DNA from: an uncultured Gemmatimonadaceae bacterium
GTDB taxonomy: Bacteria; Gemmatimonadota; Gemmatimonadetes; Gemmatimonadales; Gemmatimonadaceae
Reading direction: 5' to 3'
Length of the DNA: 64,000 bases
Assembly (NCBI GenBank): GCA_963829055.1
Contig: CAWHHI010000020.1
Coordinates: 896,001-960,000 of the forward strand
How positions within the stretch are numbered: position 1 is the first letter of the stretch; each line of letters begins with the position of its first letter. Under the pieces are notes generated by a model. It searched no databases, was not told where the DNA came from, and saw nothing but the letters and a program-made list of their open reading frames with translations. Below are positions 22,466-32,406 of this stretch, one piece after another. Position numbers and translations under genes: made by a program.

Positions 22466-22511
22466 CGACGACACCCCGCGGGCACCGGCCGGTGCCCGCG
22501 GGGTGTCGTCG
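22466..22511. terminator. Perfect 46-bp GC-rich palindrome downstream of susD-like gene; possible terminator or mRNA stabiliser
   Basis: CGACGACACCCCGCGGGCACCGG|CCGGTGCCCGCGGGGTGTCGTCG; no U-tract. Confidence 0.5.
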
Positions 22512-22674
22512 CATCCGGGCCTCGGCCGCTCACCCGCCGGGCGTCCTCTTGCTGTCCTTACGGCCGCGGTCGGCGCACGTAGTTTGCATTGAGCCCCAAC
22601 CCTGAGCCGAGCTGGCCACGGAACACGGATCGACAGCGATCCCTCCGTCCTGCTCCCCTTCGACGGAGCCACGA

Positions 22675-24255
22675 GTGACACCCCCTCCCGGAACAGGACC
22701 ATTTCCGGCCACCACGCCACGCGTTTCCACCGGCATCAGCGGTCTCGACGCCGTCCTCGGCGGCGGCCTGCCGGCGGATCGCATGCACCTCATCGACGGC
22801 GAGCCGGGAAGCGGTAAGACCACACTCGCGCTGCAATTCCTGCTCAGCGGCCGGGCCGCCGGGGAACGCTGCCTCTACGTCACGCTCTCCGAGACCGAAG
22901 CCGAGTTGCGGGCCACTGCGGATTCGCACGGCTGGACACTCGATGGCATCGAGATCTTCGAGCTCTCGGCGGCAGCCGGCGAAGGGCCCGAAGACACGTA
23001 CACGCTCTTCCACCCGGCCGAAGTCGAGCTGCAGCAAACGGTCAGTGCCGTCCTGGAGGCGGTGGAGCGGCACTCGCCGTCGCGCGTCGTGTTCGACTCG
23101 CTATCCGAGATGCGGATGCTCGCGCGCGACCCGCTGCGCTTCCGCCGCCAGATCCTGTGGCTCAAGCAGTTCTTCGCCGGCCGCGCCTGCACGCTCCTGG
23201 TTCTCGATGACCGGACTGGACCAGAGGGCGATCTTCAGCTGCAGAGCCTCGCGCACGGCGTCGTGGCACTCGAGCGGGTGCCGATGGAATACGGCGCCGA
23301 GCGACGACGCGTACAGATCAAGAAACTCCGCGGGGCGCGATACGCCGGCGGCTTTCACGACTTCCGCATCAGCACGGGTGGGCTGCAGGTGTACCCGCGC
23401 CTGCAGTACGTGGCGGGCGAGGTGGCACCTCCGAAGCAGCAGATCAGCACTGGCTCCGGCGAGTTGGACGCGCTCCTCGGCGGAGGGCTCGTTCGCGGGA
23501 CGAGCGTGCTGGTCACAGGGGCCGCGGGAACGGGGAAGTCGGTGCTGTCGATTCAGATCGCGCTCACCGCGGTCGCACGTGGCGAGCGCGCGGAGGTCTT
23601 CATGTTCGATGAGCGGATCGCCACCGCCAACATCCGTGCGGAAGGTCTTGGGCTCGATATGGCGCCGGCGAGAGCCGGTGGCGGCCTGACGCTGCATCAG
23701 ATCGAGCCGACGGAGATGTCGCCCGGCGAGTTCGCGACCGAGCTGGTGCGCGCGGTCGAGGAGAACGGCGCGACGGTCCTCGTGCTCGACTCGCTCAACG
23801 GGTACCTGCAGGCGATGCCTAACGAGCATCTCATGGGCGTTCACGTCCACGAGCTGCTCAGCTACCTGGCGACCCGCGGCGTCACCATCATCATGACGCT
23901 CGTGCAGCACGGCGTGTTCGGCGCGCCGGTGGACGAGGCAGCGGAGGTGAGCTACCTCGCCGACACTGTCATCCTGCTCCGATACTTCGAACACGCGGGC
24001 GCCGTCCGGCAGTCTATCTCCGTCGTGAAGAAGCGCACCGGCCCGCACGAGCGCACGATCCGCGAGTGTCGCGTCGAGCATGGTGGATTGCGCGTGGGCG
24101 AGCCGCTCGCGTCGTTCCGCGGCGTGCTGACGGGAGTGCCGATGTACGAGGGCGAGGGATCGCCACTCATGAATTCGCGCACGCGCTCGGCCAGGAAGCC
24201 CACGCCGCCGAAGCCGAGCAGCGCGACGTTGGACGATTCGCAGGGCGGCAGGTGA
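22675..24255 (+). CDS. KaiC-like double-domain ATPase (RecA/RAD55 family)
   Basis: RVSTGISGLD; GEPGSGKT; IKKLRG; ISTGSGELD; GAAGTGKS; VSYLADTVILLRY; VVKKRTGPHERTIRE. Confidence 0.92.
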   Translation: MTPPPGTGPFPATTPRVSTGISGLDAVLGGGLPADRMHLIDGEPGSGKTTLALQFLLSGRAAGERCLYVTLSETEAELRATADSHGWTLDGIEIFELSAAAGEGPEDTYTLFHPAEVELQQTVSAVLEAVERHSPSRVVFDSLSEMRMLARDPLRFRRQILWLKQFFAGRACTLLVLDDRTGPEGDLQLQSLAHGVVALERVPMEYGAERRRVQIKKLRGARYAGGFHDFRISTGGLQVYPRLQYVAGEVAPPKQQISTGSGELDALLGGGLVRGTSVLVTGAAGTGKSVLSIQIALTAVARGERAEVFMFDERIATANIRAEGLGLDMAPARAGGGLTLHQIEPTEMSPGEFATELVRAVEENGATVLVLDSLNGYLQAMPNEHLMGVHVHELLSYLATRGVTIIMTLVQHGVFGAPVDEAAEVSYLADTVILLRYFEHAGAVRQSISVVKKRTGPHERTIRECRVEHGGLRVGEPLASFRGVLTGVPMYEGEGSPLMNSRTRSARKPTPPKPSSATLDDSQGGR

Positions 24256-25458
24256 CGGGAGCGACCGCGCCCTCCACGGCGCCGGCCCCGAGCCCGCATC
24301 GCTCCGACGAGATCGCCGTCCTCGCGCCCACGGGCAGCGACGGGCCGGTCGCGCAGCGCGTGCTCGGCAAGTGGGACCTGCAACGTCGTCGCGTACCCCA
24401 CGATGGACGCGCTCTCGGCCGCGATCGAGCGCGGGGTCGGCGCGGTCCTCCTGGCCGAAGAAGCGCTGCGGACCGGCGCGCTGGAGCGACTGGTCGCCGC
24501 GTTAGGCACGCAGCCGTCGTGGTCGGACGTGCCGATCGTGGTCCTCACCGCCGAGGACGAGTTGTCGGGCGTGATCGCGAGGGGCGTCGAGGCGCTCGCG
24601 AAGCGCGGCAACGTCACACTGCTCGAGCGGCCGGTCCGCGTCGCCACGCTCGTGACTGTCGTCCGCACGGCCCTTCGCGCGCGCATCCGGCAGTACGACC
24701 TCCGCGAGCATCTCACCGAGCTCCAGGCCGCACGCGACGCTGCGGACGAAGCGCGAGGCGCCGCCGAGCGTGCGAACCGCGCGAAGAGCGAGTTCCTCGC
24801 CATCATGAGTCACGAGCTTCGCACGCCGCTCAATGCCATCGGCGGCTATGCGGAGCTCATGGAGCTCGGGATCCGCGGGAACGTCACGCCGGAGCAGCGC
24901 ATGGACCTCGATCGCATCCAGCGCAGCCAGCGTCACCTGCTCGGCCTCATCAACGGCGTGCTGAACTACGCGCGCGTCGAGACGGGCAACGTTCGCTACG
25001 ACGTCCGAGACGTTTCCGTCGACGAGCTGCTCGCGACCTGTGAAGCGCTCGTGGCGCCGCAGGCGCGCGCCAAGCGCATCGGCCTCGATGTACCACCGTG
25101 CCCGCACGGGCTCACGGCGCGCGCCGACAGCGAGAAATTCCAGCAGATCGTGCTGAACCTGCTCACGAACGCGATCAAGTTCACCGACAGCGGCGGGGTT
25201 GTCGGCGTCACGTGCGAGGAGGCGCAGGACTCGGTGATCGTGCGTGTGACCGACACCGGCTCTGGCATCGCCGAGGACAAGCTGGCGACAATCTTCGACC
25301 CGTTCGTGCAGGTCGATTCGGGACTCACGCGCACGCGCGAAGGCGTGGGTTTGGGCCTCGCCATCAGTCGCGACCTGGCCAAGGGCATGCGCGGCGACCT
25401 CACGGTCACGAGCGTACTCGGTCAGGGGAGCACGTTCACGCTGACGTTACCGCGTTAG
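24252..25458 (+). CDS. Histidine kinase with an N-terminal receiver-like domain, coupled to KaiC; frameshift near 24385
   Basis: GTGA overlap; VLAPTGSDG; QPSWSDVP; TLLERPV; MSHELRTPLN; NLLTNAIKFT; DTGSGI; GVGLGLAI. Confidence 0.87.
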
Positions 25459-25463
25459 GCCCG

Positions 25464-26843
25464 TCAGCGTCCCGGGGCGTGCGTGGCCGCCTCGGCATCC
25501 ACGTCCTTTTCCCACGCCGCGAGCAGATCCCGAAGTTGTCGGACCAGGTCGGGCCGTTGGGCCGCCAGGTCGCGGCGCTCGCCCGGGTCGGCGCGGAGAT
25601 CGAAGAGCAGCAGATCGTCGCCGTCGACGAGCAGCTTCCAGTTGCCTTTGCGCACCGCGCGCTGCTGTCGCGTCGGCACGGCGATCCGCCAGAACAGCGT
25701 GCGCTCGAGCGGCGCGTTGCCCGCGAGCAGCGGCAGGAGGTCGATGCCCTCCAGTCCGGCCTGAGCAGGCACCGCGGTCTTCGTCGCCGCGAGGATCGTC
25801 GCGGTGAGGTCCATCGTTAGGCCGGCCTGCGGGCTCGTCTTCCCGGCGGGCAGATGGCCCGGCCAGCGGAAGATCGCGGGCACGCGGATGCCCCCTTCCC
25901 ACAGCGTGTCCTTCCGGTGGAAGAACGGCGCGTTGTTCGACAGCCACTCGCCACCGTTGTCGTTCGTGAAGATGACCAGCGTGTTGTTCGTCAGGCCGAG
26001 TCGCGCGAGTGCCGCGACGATCTCGCCGACGCCCGCGTCCGCTCGCTCGATCATGGCGACGTAGTCTTTCCGGGTCGCGGGGATGCTGTCGGCCGCGCTC
26101 TGGAACGCCGCGTTGTTCGGTGCCTTCGAGTAGTGATCGGGCGGCTGGAACGGCCAGTGCGCGGCGTTGTAGGTGACCTCGAGGAAGAACGGCTTCGCCG
26201 CGCCGGCGGTACTCTGCTGCTCGACGAAGCGGAGGGCGTGCCGCGTAATGAGATCCGTCATGTAGCCGGAATCGGCGACGGCGGTGCCGTTCTCGTAGAG
26301 GTCGGGAAGCCCGTCGCCTCCCCGCGTGTGCGTGTAGAAGTCGATGTACCCGCTGAGAAAGCCGTAGAAGTAGTCGAACCCGTGCGCGTTAGGCCCGAAC
26401 TCGGGCTTGAACCCGAGGTGCCACTTCCCGATCAGCCCCGTCGCGTAGCCGTTGTTCTTGAGCAACTGCGGCAGCGAACGGCCAGTGGCCGCGAGCCCTT
26501 GCTCCAGCGCCGGACCGACGCTTCCCAGAGCCCGCTCGAGCAGCACGCGTTGCTGGTATCGACCGGTGATGAGCGCCGCGCGCGTGGGCGTGCACTGCGG
26601 CGCTGCGTAGAAATCGGTCAGCCGCACTCCCTGCTTGGCGAGGCGATCGATGTTCGGCGTGCGAACGTCGCGCGCACCATAGCTGCCGAAGTCAGCGTAG
26701 CCGACGTCGTCGGTGACGATGAGCACGACGTTCGGACGGTCGGCAGAACCCGACTGACCCTGCGTGCGAGCCGCGCTCGCGCCAACGCTGAGCGCGAGCA
26801 CGACGAGCCCTGCCCACCTGACGAAATCGCGTCGCTCCATCAT
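25464..26843 (-). CDS. Arylsulfatase (formylglycine-dependent), Tat-exported
   Basis: ERRDFV; NVVLIVTDD; CTPTRAALITG; GKWHLG; NDNG; EGGIRVP. Confidence 0.92.
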   Translation of the reverse strand: MMERRDFVRWAGLVVLALSVGASAARTQGQSGSADRPNVVLIVTDDVGYADFGSYGARDVRTPNIDRLAKQGVRLTDFYAAPQCTPTRAALITGRYQQRVLLERALGSVGPALEQGLAATGRSLPQLLKNNGYATGLIGKWHLGFKPEFGPNAHGFDYFYGFLSGYIDFYTHTRGGDGLPDLYENGTAVADSGYMTDLITRHALRFVEQQSTAGAAKPFFLEVTYNAAHWPFQPPDHYSKAPNNAAFQSAADSIPATRKDYVAMIERADAGVGEIVAALARLGLTNNTLVIFTNDNGGEWLSNNAPFFHRKDTLWEGGIRVPAIFRWPGHLPAGKTSPQAGLTMDLTATILAATKTAVPAQAGLEGIDLLPLLAGNAPLERTLFWRIAVPTRQQRAVRKGNWKLLVDGDDLLLFDLRADPGERRDLAAQRPDLVRQLRDLLAAWEKDVDAEAATHAPGR

Positions 26844-26861
26844 TGGCCTCGTTATGCGAAG

Positions 26862-27902
26862 TCAGGCTGGGGCCGGCGAGACCGTCGCCAGGATCGCCTG
26901 CTCCTCGGGAGTCATGTCGGTGCCGATATCGGCGAACAACGGCGTGCTGAGATAGCGCTCGCCGGTGTCCGGCAGCATGCACAACACCGTCGACCCCTTC
27001 GGTGCGTCCTTACAGACTTCCAGCGCACCCGCGAACGTGCCGCCGGCGGAGATGCCCACGAGGATTCCTTCCTTCTGCGCGAGCTGCTTGCTGCACTGCA
27101 TCGCGACAGGTGCGGGAATCGTGATCACGCGATCCACGAGCTTCATCGCCACCGCGTCCCCGGTGAGCTTCGGGATGAAGTCGGGGCTCCAGCCCTGATG
27201 CGGATGCGGGTTCCACGAGGGATGTCCCGCCGCCGGAGAGCCGTCGGCATTGCGCTGCTGCTCCGTGCCGCTCGTGAGCATCGCCGCTTCCGCCGGCTCG
27301 CACACCACGACCTGCGTCTCGGGCCGCTCCTTGTCGAGCACTCGCGCGACGCCCTTCAATGTCCCACCGGTCCCGAACCCCGTCACCCAGTAGTCGAGGC
27401 GCTCGTTCGCGAAGTCGGCGATGATCTCCCGCGCCGTGGTTCGCGAATGCATGTCCGCGTTCGCCTCGTTCTCGAACTGGCGCGTCAGGAACCAGCCGTG
27501 CTTCTCCGCGAGCGCGATGGCCTTCTTCACCATCCCCGTCCCGCGCTCGGCCGCCGGCGTCAGCACGACCTTCGCGCCGAGAAAGCGCATCAACCTGCGA
27601 CGCTCGAGACTGAACGACTCGGCCATCGTCACCACGAGCGGGTAGCCCTTCTGCGCGCACACCATCGCGAGCCCGATGCCGGTGTTGCCGCTCGTCGCTT
27701 CGATCACCGTCTGTCCGGGCTTGAGCGCGCCGGTACGCTCCGCGTCCTCGATGACTCCGAGTGCGAGTCGATCCTTCACGGAGCCGAGCGGGTTGAAGGC
27801 CTCGATCTTCACGTAGAGGTCGACGTGCGCGGGCGCGAGCTTGTTGATGCGGACGACCGGCGTGTTGCCGACGGTCTCGAGGATGTTGGCGAAGCGAGTC
27901 AC
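26862..27902 (-). CDS. cysK: Cysteine synthase A (PLP-dependent)
   Basis: VGNTPVV; NPLGSVKDR; EATSGNTGIGLA; GFGTGGT; GISAG; PDTGERYLST. Confidence 0.92.
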   Translation of the reverse strand: MTRFANILETVGNTPVVRINKLAPAHVDLYVKIEAFNPLGSVKDRLALGVIEDAERTGALKPGQTVIEATSGNTGIGLAMVCAQKGYPLVVTMAESFSLERRRLMRFLGAKVVLTPAAERGTGMVKKAIALAEKHGWFLTRQFENEANADMHSRTTAREIIADFANERLDYWVTGFGTGGTLKGVARVLDKERPETQVVVCEPAEAAMLTSGTEQQRNADGSPAAGHPSWNPHPHQGWSPDFIPKLTGDAVAMKLVDRVITIPAPVAMQCSKQLAQKEGILVGISAGGTFAGALEVCKDAPKGSTVLCMLPDTGERYLSTPLFADIGTDMTPEEQAILATVSPAPA

Positions 27903-28005
27903 GTGTGCTCCACTGTAGTTGGGAGTTTCTGGCCAGAACCGCCTGCGGATCAGGTGCTATGAGATATGTCTGGACGCCGCGAACGCGAGGTGGCTACGTT
28001 GCGGC

Positions 28006-29103
28006 ATGAATGACGTTGTGAACGACGCGCGAATTCGCGTTGCGGCGGCATGCTGTGCGTTGCTCCTGCTACTCGGTCAAAGCCGAGCGGCGGTTGCCCA
28101 GGGAGGGGCCGCGCAGCAGACCGGCCGCGCGCCAGGCCCCAGGCTCCATCACGTGGGGCTCAACTCCGTGGACCCCGCCCGCGCCATCGAGTGGTATCTC
28201 CGCGTGTGGCCGGCCGCAAGAAGGACCGAAGTTGCGGGCTACCCGGCGGTCGAGGGCGAGATGCTCGTCGTGTTCAACAAGGTTGATCGGCCGCCGCCGG
28301 GCGCGTGGCGCGACGACCTCCACCGTGCGGAGCCGCAGAGCGCGTTCTGGCACATTGGCGCGATGACTAACACGACCGACCTCGCGGCGCGATTACAGTC
28401 CGTCGGCATCAAGCACCTCCCGTTGTTCGTCGGCCCGCAGGACACGCAAACCGTGTGGCGATCCGGACTCGCGCCATACGCGGGCACGCTGACCGCGAAG
28501 CAACTGCCCACGGCAGCCCCAGCGCCGCCACGTGATGGCGGCTTCAGCTACGTCGTGGCGCCTGACGGCGTGCTGTTCGAGCTCACCGGCGGACCGGGCA
28601 CGAAGGACTCGTTCTCGCACATGCACTTCTACCACGAGCAGCCACTCTGCGCCGCGAACTGGTACGTCGAGCATCTCGGGATGGAGTTGCCACCCGTGCG
28701 CGACTCGAGCGGCGTGGAAACTCCGCGGAAGCCGTACGCCCCGTGCGAGGTGAGCTACGGCGAAGCCGGCTGGCCGTCGCTCGAGCCCATCGGCACGATC
28801 CGTCAGCCTTCGGGTGGCGTGCGGTTCGAGAATGGCTCGATGTCGTGGTATCCGCGTCAGTGCGTGAGCGACCGGTGCGGCCGCGATCAGCCGCTCGTGC
28901 GCTCGCGGGGACAGGCGCTGGACCACGTCGCGTTCGCGGTCGACAGCCTCGATGCCCTCGTCGCGAAATTGCGGCGCGACGGCGTCAAGATCCTGGAAGG
29001 GCCGTACAAGTTCGGTGACGCGCGGGCGTTCATGATCGAGGATCCGGACGGCCTCGCCATCGAGCTGATCGAGCGACAGGGAGCGTCGCCGCGAACGCGT
29101 TAG
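28006..29103 (+). CDS. Secreted VOC (glyoxalase/bleomycin-resistance) family protein with tandem domains
   Basis: LHHVGLN; FWHIGA; PDGVLFEL; FSHMHF; LDHVAFAV; DPDGLAIELIE. Confidence 0.85.
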   Translation: MNDVVNDARIRVAAACCALLLLLGQSRAAVAQGGAAQQTGRAPGPRLHHVGLNSVDPARAIEWYLRVWPAARRTEVAGYPAVEGEMLVVFNKVDRPPPGAWRDDLHRAEPQSAFWHIGAMTNTTDLAARLQSVGIKHLPLFVGPQDTQTVWRSGLAPYAGTLTAKQLPTAAPAPPRDGGFSYVVAPDGVLFELTGGPGTKDSFSHMHFYHEQPLCAANWYVEHLGMELPPVRDSSGVETPRKPYAPCEVSYGEAGWPSLEPIGTIRQPSGGVRFENGSMSWYPRQCVSDRCGRDQPLVRSRGQALDHVAFAVDSLDALVAKLRRDGVKILEGPYKFGDARAFMIEDPDGLAIELIERQGASPRTR

Positions 29104-29529
29104 GCAGGAGCCGGTAATCGTGACGGTGGCGTTGCCCGTTGCCACGGCTGCCGCCGTCGTCACGACGAGAGTGCTCGTCGTTCCCGTCGTGATGCTCGGA
29201 TTCATGGTCGCGGTAACCCCGGCGGGAACGCCTGTGACGGCGAGCGTCACGCTCCCGGCGAACCCGCCACTTCGAACGATGGCGATGTTCGCCTCGCCCG
29301 TGCCCCCTTGCAGGACCGGAACAGGCGCCTGCGCGGCAGTCAATGTGAACGTGCCGCCCGCGGCGGGTGTGGGCTCCGTCGCGCCGTCGCCACAGGCCTG
29401 AACACCAATGGCGACACCGAGCAGGAGGCCTAACGCGCGCGGCAGCGCGCATGCACGCTGGGTCCGAGTGCTCCCGACCGAGGCCTGCTGCGGAAGCACG
29501 AATGCGAATTGCGGCACTCGGGATCTCAT
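29104..29529 (-). pseudogene. Lipoprotein with one Ig-like repeat, apparently 3'-truncated at the VOC stop
   Basis: GGAG RBS; VQAC lipobox; RSGGFAGSVTLAVTGVPAGVTA...TVTITG, then reads without a stop into the antisense of the VOC gene. Confidence 0.6.
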
Positions 29530-29681
29530 GTGTGTCTCCGTGAAGCTGGGTCCGTGAGACCGAAGCACCGGCCTCCCTGACGAGACACACGACGAACTGC
29601 CGCCAAACACGACATCACCGCCGAAACCGTGGCGCACCGTTAGGCACGCAAGCGTCCGCGACGCGTCCAGGCCAGGCGCGT

Positions 29682-30203
29682 CTAGCGCGGCGGGAAGATC
29701 ATGGCGACGCCGCGGTCCAGCTCCTCGCGGCTGAGCGGGCCGCGGTGGACCAGTTGCACGACGCCAGCCGAGTCGACGAAGACCGTCGTGGGCATCCCAC
29801 GGATGAGGTACGTCTCCCGCGAGCGGCCACGTTTGTCCAGCGCGATATCGAACGGGACAGAGAGTTGGTCGACGAACGTCTGCACGTGTTTCGTGCTCAT
29901 CTCCTGGTCGCGCTCGTTGACGCCGAGCACGTACAACCCGGCCGGACCGAGCTCCCGATGAACTCGGACCAGCTCGGGAAACTCGGTGAGGCACGGCGGG
30001 CACCACGTATTCCAGAACGTCACGACGACGGGGCGGCCGCGCAGCGTGGAGAGCCGCACATGGCCACCGGCGAGCGTCGGCAGGTCGATCTCCGGCGCCA
30101 GCGCGCCCTGCCTAACGGGTTGCGCCACGGCGGCAGGCGCCGCCAGTACCAGAGTCAGCACCGCGGACGCCGTGAGCCGGCGCCGGTGTCCAGCGGAATG
30201 CAC
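29682..30203 (-). CDS. TlpA/ResA-like thiol-disulfide oxidoreductase
   Basis: GRPVVVTFWNTWCPPCLTEFP; GMPTTVFVD. Confidence 0.9.
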   Translation of the reverse strand: MHSAGHRRRLTASAVLTLVLAAPAAVAQPVRQGALAPEIDLPTLAGGHVRLSTLRGRPVVVTFWNTWCPPCLTEFPELVRVHRELGPAGLYVLGVNERDQEMSTKHVQTFVDQLSVPFDIALDKRGRSRETYLIRGMPTTVFVDSAGVVQLVHRGPLSREELDRGVAMIFPPR

Positions 30204-31264
30204 TAGATCCGACGCGAGTAACTGGCGAACACGAGGTACTTCGCGAACCCACCGCCGTTGAGCGTGTTCGTGCTCTGCTCGAGGAGACTCTTCTGACGGT
30301 TGACCCTCATCCGATAGGGAACGCTCAGCGTGAACGTGTCCTTCCCGCGCGCCAGCGACAACCCCGGCTCGGCGAACACGACGTACGCCGTTCGCTTGAT
30401 GGTGGATTCGTCCCCGCCGCCTAACAAGTCGTGCACCGGAATCCCATCCAGCCGGCCAGCCAGACTCATCGCGAGACCCCGGTCGGGCATCAGCGTGAAC
30501 GCGCCGCCCAGCCGCGCCGAGTACACGTCCGGCACCGACCAGTACGTCTTCGACGTGGGCGTGAACAGCACATCACTCCGTGCCTTCGGGCTTACCATAT
30601 AGGAGCCGGACGCGAACGCCACCGCGCGATCCGTGATCTGACGGAACGCCTGCAGTTGGGACAGGATCGCCCAGCCGCCATCACCCGGCTGTATCGTCTG
30701 GTCCGCTGGATAGTCGACCGCGCTGTTGGCCGTGTAGAATCGGCTGCTGATGGTGTGGCTGCCGGTCGGCGTCTTCACGCCCAAGCCCACTCCGATGTTG
30801 CCGCTGGCGTGCGTGCGCGGCGTGAGGATCCAGCCCTCCCCCGCCAGGCTCACGTCGCCGATGCCAGTCGCGCTCTGCTCGTGGCGGAGCTTGTCCGGCC
30901 AGATGCGGGAGAACGAAGCCGTCGACACCGGCACGCTGAGACGCACACGAAACCGCTCATCAATCGAGTACGCGACGTCGGCCACGAGCGTGCGAATCCT
31001 GAACACCGGGGACTCTCCACCCGGCGCCAACGCCGATTTGTCTTCCGATCCGACGAACCACTGGTTCGACTTGAGATGGCGATACGCCAACGTCAGCTGC
31101 CATTCGTGCGCACGTTGGTATGCCTGACCCTCAGCACCCAGGTTCACCGGCGTACTGAACCGGATCGGTTCGCACCCCTGAGCGGCTGCGCTGGCAGGGG
31201 TGAACGCGGTACCGAGCGCCGAGGCTGACAGGGCCAGCGCCAGCATCGAGACGTGATGTTTCAT
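30203..31264 (-). CDS. Putative outer-membrane beta-barrel protein with signal peptide
   Basis: AGGAG RBS; AQGCEPIR; GIGDVSL; GLGVKTPTG; QPGDGGW; terminal VFASYSRRI. Confidence 0.75.
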   Translation of the reverse strand: MKHHVSMLALALSASALGTAFTPASAAAQGCEPIRFSTPVNLGAEGQAYQRAHEWQLTLAYRHLKSNQWFVGSEDKSALAPGGESPVFRIRTLVADVAYSIDERFRVRLSVPVSTASFSRIWPDKLRHEQSATGIGDVSLAGEGWILTPRTHASGNIGVGLGVKTPTGSHTISSRFYTANSAVDYPADQTIQPGDGGWAILSQLQAFRQITDRAVAFASGSYMVSPKARSDVLFTPTSKTYWSVPDVYSARLGGAFTLMPDRGLAMSLAGRLDGIPVHDLLGGGDESTIKRTAYVVFAEPGLSLARGKDTFTLSVPYRMRVNRQKSLLEQSTNTLNGGGFAKYLVFASYSRRI

Positions 31265-31483
31265 GGAGATTCTCCTGAATTGCGAATGCTCCAGAGCCTC
31301 GCACCGACCCCGCAGATCCAACATACCACTTTTTAGCGGTGGCCTACGATTTTCCGCCGGCTGGTTGCGGGACCAGAAGGGCAGGCGCCGCTCGGACCGG
31401 AGATCACCACCCACCCAGGACACGAGAATTCTTCCAGGAACACGACACACCGCGCGCAACCCGCAGTCCTGGGCGGCTACGAC

Positions 31484-32059
31484 TCACCGCGCGCCGGTGC
31501 GCAGCGCCTCTTCGAGTAGCTCGTTCACGCCGAGTATCGCCGACACGTGGCGCAGGTACGCGAGATCGAGCGTTTTGCCGGCGACCTTGAGCACACCGAG
31601 TGCGTCGCTCCATTGGCGCTCGGAAACCCGGTCGCCAAGTGCGTACCAGTACAGCTTCTGGGCAATGGTATCCTCAGGGCTTGCGACGACGATCTCACGG
31701 CGCGGCGTTTCTTCGATCACGAAACGTTGGCGCCGTTCCATCTCGAGGCGAGACGATTCATCGTCCTTCGGGATGAAAACATCCGCCTTGAAGTACGAGC
31801 GCAGGTGCACGACGTTGAACGATCGGCGCTGCTCGATCGCCTCACGGATCGCGCCGTCGTCGAGGTAGAACTCACCGCGGAGCACGTCGGCGAACGCGGT
31901 TGCGTGTGCCAGGGATAGGGACGCCACGATATCCACGTCCTGGGTCGCGCGCGGAATTCCGTGCAACGAGCTCGCCAACGAGCCGACGACGGCGTATGGA
32001 ACGCCTAGACGCTCACAGACGTCCGTGACACGCAACGTGATCTCGAGGATCTCATCCAC
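31484..32059 (-). CDS. Minimal nucleotidyltransferase-fold protein (putative toxin)
   Basis: YAVVGSLASSLHGIPRATQDVDIV; SPEDTIAQKL; SERQWSD; LDLAYLR. Confidence 0.8.
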   Translation of the reverse strand: MDEILEITLRVTDVCERLGVPYAVVGSLASSLHGIPRATQDVDIVASLSLAHATAFADVLRGEFYLDDGAIREAIEQRRSFNVVHLRSYFKADVFIPKDDESSRLEMERRQRFVIEETPRREIVVASPEDTIAQKLYWYALGDRVSERQWSDALGVLKVAGKTLDLAYLRHVSAILGVNELLEEALRTGAR

Positions 32060-32080
32060 GGCGCGTGAGGAACCGGCGCG

Positions 32081-32341
32081 TCAGAGGCCGTGAACCGCCG
32101 GATCCCAGCCGAATACATCCGTCATGAGCGTTGCATCCAACCGCAGCGCGGCCAGTCGCAGGCGCAGCTCCTCGTCGTGAAGGTGCGAGCCGTAGCGCGC
32201 ACGCAGGCGAGCCGTCGCGAGCTGATCGAGGGCTCGGTTGAGCGCCACGACTCGGCCGAGCTTCTCGGCCGGGGACATGCGGCGGTATCCCTCGATGATG
32301 AGCTGCTCGACTGCTGGCGCGGTATCCGATGGCGAATCCAT
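32081..32341 (-). CDS. Small partner protein upstream of the nucleotidyltransferase (putative antitoxin)
   Basis: DTAPAVEQLIIEGYRRMSPAEKL...RLRARY; 86 aa, directly upstream in the same orientation. Confidence 0.7.
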   Translation of the reverse strand: MDSPSDTAPAVEQLIIEGYRRMSPAEKLGRVVALNRALDQLATARLRARYGSHLHDEELRLRLAALRLDATLMTDVFGWDPAVHGL

Positions 32342-32406
32342 GTGTCAAAGCTACGGCGAAGGATGCGCTGAGGTAACCCGGCCGCGTGGGTGGGCCGGAG
32401 GACATC

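Noticed and set aside
25854..27962. 702-aa plus-strand ORF
   Set aside because: Antisense shadow of the sulfatase and cysK, a common high-GC artefact with no recognisable motifs.
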